Assembly (NCBI GenBank): GCA_964016885.1
Contig: OZ024741.1
Location: forward strand, 178,932,001-178,996,000
From: Eledone cirrhosa
Taxonomy: Eukaryota
DNA: 64,000 bases
Direction of reading: 5' to 3'
Shown: piece after piece, positions 55,345-64,000 of the stretch
Numbering within the stretch: the stretch's first letter is position 1
Layout: each line of letters opens with the position of its first letter
Notes under the pieces: generated by a model
What the model was told of the DNA's origin: nothing
Database searches by the model: none
What the model saw: only the letters and a program-made list of their open reading frames with translations
Made by a program: the position numbers and the translations under genes

Positions 55345-55840
55345 AAGAGTCCTAGACGCAGAGAATAACTGTAAACACAGTAGATTGTTATAAATAATAG
55401 TCTATAAAATCACATATATAATCCTATCGACGGAAAATAGCGGCCAACAGCCGCTACGAAGAATTGAATTCTGTATTGTTCAGTTTTTCGAATGAGTGTT
55501 TTAACATTTGAGCCGAGGGACTTCTGCCAACAATTTCCCTCTAAATTAGATAATTAAATTTAGCAGCAGGGATTGAATATAACCAGCATTCTATGCAAAA
55601 TATCAAAGCTCTGGGTAGTGACGAAATTGATAGATGATGTCGGAGTCACAGACGCAGAAAATAACTGTAAACACAATCGATTGTTATGAATAATAGTAAA
55701 TACCCCTATTGACGGAAAAAGTGGTCAGCGACCGTTACAAAGAATCGAACTCTGTATCCCTCAAATTCCTCATGAGTGCTCTAACTATTAAGCTAAGGAA
55801 CCTCTGACAATAATTTCCATCTAGATTAGGTAGCTAAATC
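55345..55840. repeat. diverged tandem duplication (about 290-bp period)
   Basis: gagtc.Nagacgcaga.aataactgtaaacaca...cctat.gacggaaaa...aatttcc.tcta.attag occurs twice. Confidence 0.75.
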
Positions 55841-57344
55841 GAACATTTTTTTTTTTTATTTAAACAACATTGTCTGTGCATGGAGGATGCGAATGAAATA
55901 AAGGGTCACTGAGCACGCATCGTGTAGTTTAAAAATGTATTTTAGTAGATTTGGTTCAGACAGGCGGTAGTTAAAGTTTACCAGATGGGACTAACACAGA
56001 AACACATGTAGCTAAAAAGCGAGCTTCTTATCTACATTTCTATACTTGCATCTCTTCCAAATTGTTATTTCTTCATTGAAAAACTAAAATTATGCCGTTC
56101 TCAATTAGCATTTATATAAATATTCCAAACATCTAGATAAGACTACTACTCACATATTTTTATTAATATTTCTATCCCTTTTTTTTTCTAACTCTCACCT
56201 CCTCACATTTCACTGCCTGTCTAGAAGTTCAGTTGACAAAACCTTTATAAATGTTTAGTGAGAGAATGAAATGATTTAAATTCTAAACATGCTTAGTTCA
56301 TCTTCGCTGATTTAATTGATTTATTTAAATCCATGTTTCTCATTCTCTGCTAATGTGTGTTTCACTTATTATTTTATATATATTTTTGATATTTCTATTT
56401 CATTTCTTCAAGTTGATGGTATTAGATTACGTTAATGCAAATTAAGAAAAATCAATCAGATAATTAATTGCTAGTTTCACTGATTCGAGCTTTGTCATAT
56501 CCTAAGGCGTGTAGTTAATCAGGTCTTGTTATTTAGTCTGCTAATTAGAAGTAAGTAACTTTCGGGGTTGTATTATCTCACTAAAACTCCTAACATTATT
56601 TAGTCTAGCTGAAACAAAAGTTGTTAGATGTTTTCCTTTTACTTGGTAGGGCTGCAGGAACGGGCATTATGCATGACCTTCACTGACCCACCAGTCAGGA
56701 GTGATCGATACCGTTCATATTCTGCTTTTACTGTTTAGTACGGAGGTCTGTATGGTTGTATATAACATGGATGATGGGAAGGAAAGAGACGAGGGAATCG
56801 AGAATGTTTGAGTGGAGGTTACACGAGACTATCAAGCTTCTGAATAATTTAAACAAAGGGCGGATTAAGTTCATGCTTTGTAAAATCGCTTACAAATGGG
56901 CCAGGATAGGATTTGAACTCAGAACTCAAAGAGTCCGAACTTATGCCACAGGTAATCCCATCCGAGGCTCAAACGATTCAGCTAACCCACTTTCCTTCTG
57001 TTGTAATAGGTTCATCAACCGCAGAAGAATGAAAAGCAAAGTATACTTCATCTCCATTTTAAATTAAAACACTAAGTACCAGAATAAAATACCACGAGGC
57101 ATTTCGTCTGATGCTCTAACGATTCAGCCAATTTCTTGATTGTTTAGAACAAGAATTTCTCTATAAAACTGGGCAGGAGTTTTTGTGTAGTCGGTCAATC
57201 TGCTAGACATAGTAGGCAAATCATCCTGAAATCTACCTTACTGTCTTAAAAAATGGGAGAAATTGAATAATGTAGTACTTAAGGATTAAATATGGGGGAA
57301 ATATAGGATATTTCATATTACAAGAGGCACATATGTTTACATAA

Positions 57345-57640
57345 TCAGAATTGTGTGTTGGGCCTTCGTCGGTTCCGAAGACAAGTGATCAACAGCCTAC
57401 TCATAAAATTATCGTGCAAGTGGCTGAGCATTTCATAGTCACTTGTACCTTTAATGTAGTTCTCAAGGAGATTCAGCATAACACGTATAACAGTATAACT
57501 TATTTTTGCTAGCTGAGTGGGCTTGTGTAACGTAAAATAAAGTATCTTGCTCAATGACACAACGCGCTACCAGGAATTGAACTCACGATCGCACGATCTT
57601 GTGTCGAATACTTTAACCACATAGCTACGCATTTTCAAAG
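57345..57640 (-). mobile_element. SINE family B
   Basis: Reverse complement: atgtggttaaag...gagttcaattcc...tgtgtcattgagcaagatactttatttt...ccactcagct. Confidence 0.75.
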
Positions 57641-57954
57641 ATCAAGACTGACCTGGAGCTAAACAGCAACAACAAAAAACAAATGGTAAGCCATTTTATA
57701 TCGTATGGACAGTTTAAGTCTAGTGATATTGGGCTACCATAACATACAAAGAGCAATACTTATCCCGTCACCTACAAACGAAAATGACCGTTTAAAAAAA
57801 TACCATTAACATTTTGTTTTCATGAAAAAGAAGCAGCTTGACAGTAAGATAATGAGCACAAACATCATTATTTTCTTTTCATTACGTTGAGTAAAACGGT
57901 GTGATTTTCTCCATCTGTTCAAACTTCATTCTGATCTGCATAGAATTTGGAAAA

Positions 57955-57957
<3 letters not shown>

Positions 57958-58039
<82 letters not shown>
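57958..58039. repeat. (CT)n microsatellite
   Basis: Pure tract; another lies at 58722-58843. Confidence 0.97.
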
Positions 58040-58750
58040 ACTTCAGTTAAATCAAAAGACGGATGACACTTTAAAAGCGCAGTCTAGATACGTATATTGC
58101 AGATTAGCATTGAAGAAATTAATTGGCTAAAATATTTCAAGTGTAAGACGAAGAACGAAGCATCTGTCAATTAATGCTAATGATAATCTTTAGAAGGAAA
58201 TTAAATCTATCATCCAAGAAAATTTGATTCATTTCCAACAGTAGACATTGAATATCTGTTTTTTCTTATTATTGTTGTTTTATATTGTTGGGTTTTTAAA
58301 ATATATTTTGGTATAATTTAATAAATGAATATGTCGATAATTATTTTAATACTCATAACCGACGCCAGTTAAAATTAGTTTCTTAATTTCCATTAAGGGA
58401 AAAAATAATATGAAAATTAATACAAAATAGTGTTCAGTTGAAATAAACTATAGAAGTAAACAAATATTCATAATAAAGTTGTTTAGGACGCTGTCGTTGC
58501 TGTTGCTGTTATTATTTAACCCTAGGTCAGCCCTCATTGAGTACACCTATGATTAAAGGTATTCCAATTGTGATTGTTGTGTATTTTTTAGAGAACTTGT
58601 AAAGCGTCGAATATTCGTACCGGCCCTCTGCAGCAGTTTGAGTCAAATCCCGCCAAGTTTAACTTTGCTCTTTTTCATTTCATGGTTGGTTGATAAATAA
58701 GATAACAGTTGATCGATTCGACTCTCTCTCTCTATCTCTCTCTCTCTCTC

Positions 58751-58847
<97 letters not shown>

Positions 58848-59944
58848 AAACGGTATACAAAAACGTGGTTGAACCGAATTATATCTATAGCGTATAGAGG
58901 TTAAGAGGTTATATTAGGAGAGAACAGGGTTTACTTGAATGCTTGATGACATTACAGCGATAGAATGGTGGAAACAGCTGTTGTATGGGTTGAACAAATA
59001 TCGAAACATTTCTTGGTTTCATTGGCATTATGTGTGACTGAGAATACAAGGCTTCCACTGCTGCTAGTGGAACTCATTTCCAATAACTGGACTTGAACAA
59101 CGTTAAATTAAATGCCTTACTTTAAAGATTACCTGGTCTGAGAATCGAATCCACGGCCTTATGATCATGGTCCCAATACCCTATCCACTGAGTTAGGTTC
59201 TTTCACAATGAACACTATTCCTCGCAATATATAATCTCTAATTTAGGCACAAGGCAAATTTGAGGGATTGCAAAATTGTTATATCAATCCAAGTGTTTGA
59301 CTGGTACTTTATTTTATTGACCTCAGAATAATGAGAGGCAAAGTTTACCTTCGAGGGATAATACAGAATGTAAAGACACAGAACAAATACTACAATGGCG
59401 TTTTATCTGACATTCTATTAATTCTGCCAATCCACTATCTTTTAATTCCAAACCAATATTGATAAAATAGTAAGGATTTTTATGATAAAGAACTGCAGTT
59501 ATACAGAAAATATCAAATATTCTATAGATGCGTATTTGAATTGAGAGAGATGCCACATATTCTCAAACCGGCTACTACTTTCATAGAGATGAAGTTACCA
59601 TAACTGGATTAACCTAAATGATTGTATGTAGAAATGGTATGTGACTATATTCAACATATTATATGCATAAAAATATGACAAGAACTATCTTTCATATTGA
59701 TTTTAGTGATGGAATACAATTTACATTCAATTTCCAATTTCATCAATCACATTATATGGATAGAATGTACTCTTTGGATGCCAATATGATTTCTGCGGTG
59801 AAATAGTCGAAATTATATGTAGGCAGAAATTATGGAATCATTTTCCAGCGAATGGTCTTGTTAGCTCAATATCATTACTTGCTCGTATGAATAAATGTGT
59901 TTATAGTGTGCATGTGTGTGAATGTATATATATATATATAATAA

Positions 59945-60045
<101 letters not shown>

Positions 60046-60411
60046 TGTGTGTGCCTGTGAGTGTATGATTGTGTGGATGTAAATAAATATGTGTATATAT
60101 ATATATATATTAAACATATATTGATACATATATCTATATATCTATATATATATATATATATATATACACTTATATATATATATATATATAATAAATATAT
60201 ATAATATATATTATAAATATATATATTATATATTGTAAATATGTATATATTATATATAATATATATATATATATTATATATATATTATAAATATATATAT
60301 TATATATTATAAATATGTATATATTATATATATAATATATATATATATATAATAATATATATATATTATATATAATATATATCTATTATATATAATATAT
60401 ATATATAATAT

Positions 60412-60458
<47 letters not shown>

Positions 60459-60880
60459 TATATAATATATATATATATTATATATATATATAATATATAT
60501 ATAATATATATATATATAATATATATATAATATATATATATAATATATATATATAATATATATATAATATATATATATATAATATATATATATAATATAT
60601 ATATATATAATATATATATATATATAATATATATATATATATAATATATATAATATATATATATATATATATAATATATATATATATAATATATATTTAA
60701 TACAATAACAGAGATAGCTTAAAGCTAAAATCTGACTGGTAACCATCTCACTCAACAAACATTAGGTTATATGTTAGTATAAACCCAATTTAATTGTTTA
60801 GGGTGCTAACTATATGTATTATGTGGAAAGCCAGTTGTATTATTTTATGAGATATAATTAAAGTTAAAATATATCTCTCT

Positions 60881-61005
60881 TTCCAAACAATTGTTTCATT
60901 ATAAGTTTTCTACAAATTAGGAGAATGTTTCCAGTTTATGTAGAAGCCTAACATATATTCATGTAAGAATATATTTAGGTGGGCGCTTATAAATCATCAG
61001 TGGAA
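60881..61005 (-). ncRNA. type I hammerhead ribozyme with branched helix II (copy of 19318)
   Basis: ttcca-CTGATGA-t-ttataag...cttataa-t-GAAA-caattg-TT-tggaa. Confidence 0.85.
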
Positions 61006-61162
61006 GCCCATTAAACTTTGATATAAGGAAAAATTCTTACCGCAGTTAAAAATCGTGTCTGCTAAGCTGCTCCCTCACGCATCGAATGACCGCCAAATTT
61101 GAAATTCCAGCAGTTTTTGACTGAGGAAGTATTATAGCGTCACGAAGCGGGAAGGGGAGACA

Positions 61163-61229
<67 letters not shown>

Positions 61230-61404
61230 GTATTGAAGTTTCCGTTGAAAATTGAAAACGTCATAGGAGTGAAGAGTGCTCTATGTAATCTCCATTGGAG
61301 TAATTCAGACTTACTTCTAATTATATATATATATAACTTAGATAACTTTGATAGGTTTCGGCCAGTATCGGCCCAGGCCATCTCTAACTTAATAGCACCA
61401 CCTG

Positions 61405-61830
61405 GCGAAGTCTTACAAATCAGTGTTTGGGCATTCTTTGAAGCAGATTATGGGTGTTTGTGGTGGCCTATAGAGCCCAACTAATGTCAGGTCATTGGCT
61501 TTATTGTGCACAGTGACTGATTCACAAATTCCATTAGAGAATGTTATGTTGCCATCTTCCGTAAAGGAATCATGTAGGAAAATGGCAGTTCCACCCTTCC
61601 TTGTGCCAACACGATCCGCACGGATGGTTGTGAAATTTCTCACTCTTACTTCGGCCTCCAAGTTGTCAAGGTGGGTCTCAGTAAGAATGAAGAAGGGGAT
61701 GTGAAATGGATGGTTACCAACCCAATCCTCAATGAATTGGATCTTCCATTTCTGTGCATTCATGGATGGACTGATACCTTGTGTATTGAGTAAGAATGTG
61801 GAGGCTAGTGTGGTGGCTGGTTTTGACTGT
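61405..61830 (-). CDS. LINE ORF2 N-terminus: APE endonuclease fragment, 3'-truncated
   Basis: LLNTQGI...FFILTETHL...FTTIRADRVGTRKGGTAIFL...LVGLYRPP, typical of CR1/L2-group APE domains. No RT follows. Confidence 0.85.
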
Positions 61831-61929
61831 TGCGTGGGGCTTGTTTTGTGATTGTGTGTTAGTGACAGCAAGGATGGTGTTGGGTGATGGCTAAAATGTT
61901 TTTCTCTATCTCTTTTGCCAGGTTCATGG

Positions 61930-63059
61930 CTAAAAAAGAAAGATTTTTTTTTGTTCAGGGAGCAGTTTTTGATTGGATTTGTGCTTACAACATTGGATAG
62001 GGTTGCAGTTTCCTGTTTTGTTGTTGTTGTATTTATTGTAATTGTGTCTTTGTGATAAGACTGGAGCAGCGTTATTTTTGTTGTTGTTGTATTTGTTGTT
62101 GTTGTGATCGTGTCTTTGTGAAAAGACTGGAGCAGCATTACTTTTGTTGTTTTTGATGTTGTAATCATGTCTTTGTGAGGAGACTGGAGCAGCATTACCG
62201 CATAAAGCCCCTTTTCTGTTCGTGCGTTGTGTCCAAGGAAGATGAGTGAAGGGACAGTCAGTCAGCAGACATAGCCTCTCACGTTGAGAATGTTGGCAGA
62301 TTTGGGGACTGCGACCTATACGTGCGGGCAGCGTGCTTTGGTGTTGGCTGGCAGTGTTAGTGCGTCTAGTACCCGGTAAATGGGTAAATATACACTCGCT
62401 ACGTGTGCATAGCATCTGACGTAGTGAGTAGCGACATATTTGGGGGGTTCTAGTATGTGTAGTGGGGGGTGCATACAGCTCCATAGATTTTTTTTTTTTA
62501 AGTTCTTTTGACTATGGCATGGCTGAGGTGGTGATGTGGAGGAAGAAAGCATTGATGGTGATGATGATGATGACAACTGTGGTGGGAAAGAGAGCAGTGG
62601 TCCATTACTAGCAATTGATGTGGCAGAAGATGGTGACGGTGGTGATGATGATGGCGATAATGATGGCTGAGTGAGTGGCTGAGGGATACTGTCATTCAGT
62701 AATTCAGCTATTATGCTTGAATTCAGTAGTGGCTGCTCCTGGCTTTCTGGCTGTTGTTGTTGTTGTGGCTGTTGTTGTTGTTGTTGTTGTTGTTGTGTTT
62801 GTCCATTGGAGTAAATATGTCGAAGTTTTTCAAAATGGTTTTGAATTAGTTTGAAAGAGACTTCTACATGTTTTAGTTTGCTGTGTATCTGCTTAGCAGA
62901 CCTCGTGGTAAATGTTTGAGCTGTTTTTTCAGCAATTTCATTCAGACACGACACATTGATGTTTATTGTTTGGGACAGAGAAAACTATGTGTTTATTAAG
63001 ATGTCAATTTCATTTTCAGACCAATTTCGTCCGTTCTGGGCTTGCTGGTCAGTAGTCAT
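61930..63059 (-). pseudogene. LINE ORF1 (Myb/SANT-like N-terminus, poly-Q, two CCCH fingers), disrupted
   Basis: MTTDQQAQNGRNWSENEIDIL...RSAKQIHSKLK; two C-x8-C-x4-C-x3-H motifs; one stop and a frameshift at an A-run. Confidence 0.65.
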
Positions 63060-63109
63060 ATTTTTTTTTTTGTTTACCCTTGTGTGCGTTTTAAGATATT
63101 TGATATTTG

Positions 63110-63404
63110 ATACGTGAGTGAGACTTTGGTTATTTGAAGAAATTAAAGAATCGTATATATATATATATATTCCCTCTTATGGATGTGAGTTTGGTTGTTT
63201 GAGGATGTTAATAGTTTTTGGTTATTTGGTTTGAAGATATCCAATGAAAAGCGAGTGTATATAATATTATTTGAAAAAACGGGTGTATATAATATTATTT
63301 GAAGAATTAAAGAATCGTATATATATATATATATATATACGATTCTTTAATTCTTCAAATAATATTATATACACCCGTTATATATATATATATATATACA
63401 CCCG

Positions 63405-63458
<54 letters not shown>

Positions 63459-63830
63459 CCGTTATATATATATATATATTCTCTCATATGGATGTGAGTT
63501 TGGTTGTTTGAGGATGTTAATAGTTTTTGGTTATTTGGTTGTTTGAAGATATCCAAGGAAAACGAGTGTATATAATAAGTTGTAGTTAAGAAGAGTTACT
63601 TGCGAGTTTGTAGGGAAAGCCCGTGTATTTGTATATACTTTTTCCTTATGTGAGTGGTTATTTGAAGATATTGAAGTAGCGTATATATAGAAATGTATTC
63701 TCTTTTATGGATGTGAGATTTGGTTATTTGGTTGTTTGAGGATATTAAGAGAAAAACGAGTGTATATAATAATCTGTAGTTAAGAAAACATTCTTACGAG
63801 TTCGTAGGAAAAGCACATGGTTACAAATAA
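63110..63830 (-). repeat. tandem monomers upstream of LINE ORF1, with a (TA)n-centred palindrome
   Basis: ggatgtgag.ttggtt...gag.atat..aa.gaaaa.cgagtgtatataat recurs about 3 times; palindrome at 63279-63379. Confidence 0.75.
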
Positions 63831-63941
63831 ATATACATATATATGTTCGGCCAAACAGGCTTTAAAGCTGTGTAGCTGGCTACTGACTTGGTAGAGAGCA
63901 ATAGAAACACGTCTGTTCACTTCAACAGTCCATATATATAT

Positions 63942-64000
<59 letters not shown>

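Noticed and set aside
61325-61400. ggcc...ggcc-GAAA on the minus strand as an intact HHR
   Set aside because: The 5' core reads TTAGAGA and helix III is unclear; at most a decayed copy, so it was not counted.

Overview
AT-rich, microsatellite-dense animal DNA that is non-coding or intronic. The SINE families and repeat make-up look like a cephalopod (octopus-type) genome; this is inference from style. No intact host gene is visible. Almost all ORFs in the supplied track are translations of (TA)n, (CA)n or (GA)n tracts. The real coding remnants are all transposon-derived: three decayed Penelope-like elements (PLE; RT + GIY-YIG) plus fragments, the 5' half of an APE-type LINE, and RTE, R4/Dong-like and mariner scraps. 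The main signal is at the RNA level. Reading both strands by eye, I find about 28 type I hammerhead-ribozyme (HHR) folds (helix I - CUGANGA or variant - helix II - GAAA - short, often palindromic helix III - UH - helix I) from many unrelated sequence families. They sit in short 'HHR + tail' cassettes that mostly end directly on (TA)n tracts. Many cassettes form fold-back palindromes whose axis lies in or beside the ribozyme. Several share a GAGYRCTY motif about 35-60 nt from the (TA)n junction. Two carry the compensatory U3-A8 core. This looks like a (TA)n-targeted, ribozyme-bearing population of PLE-derived mini-elements. Coordinates were read by eye and may be off by a few bases. No ribozyme activity was tested.
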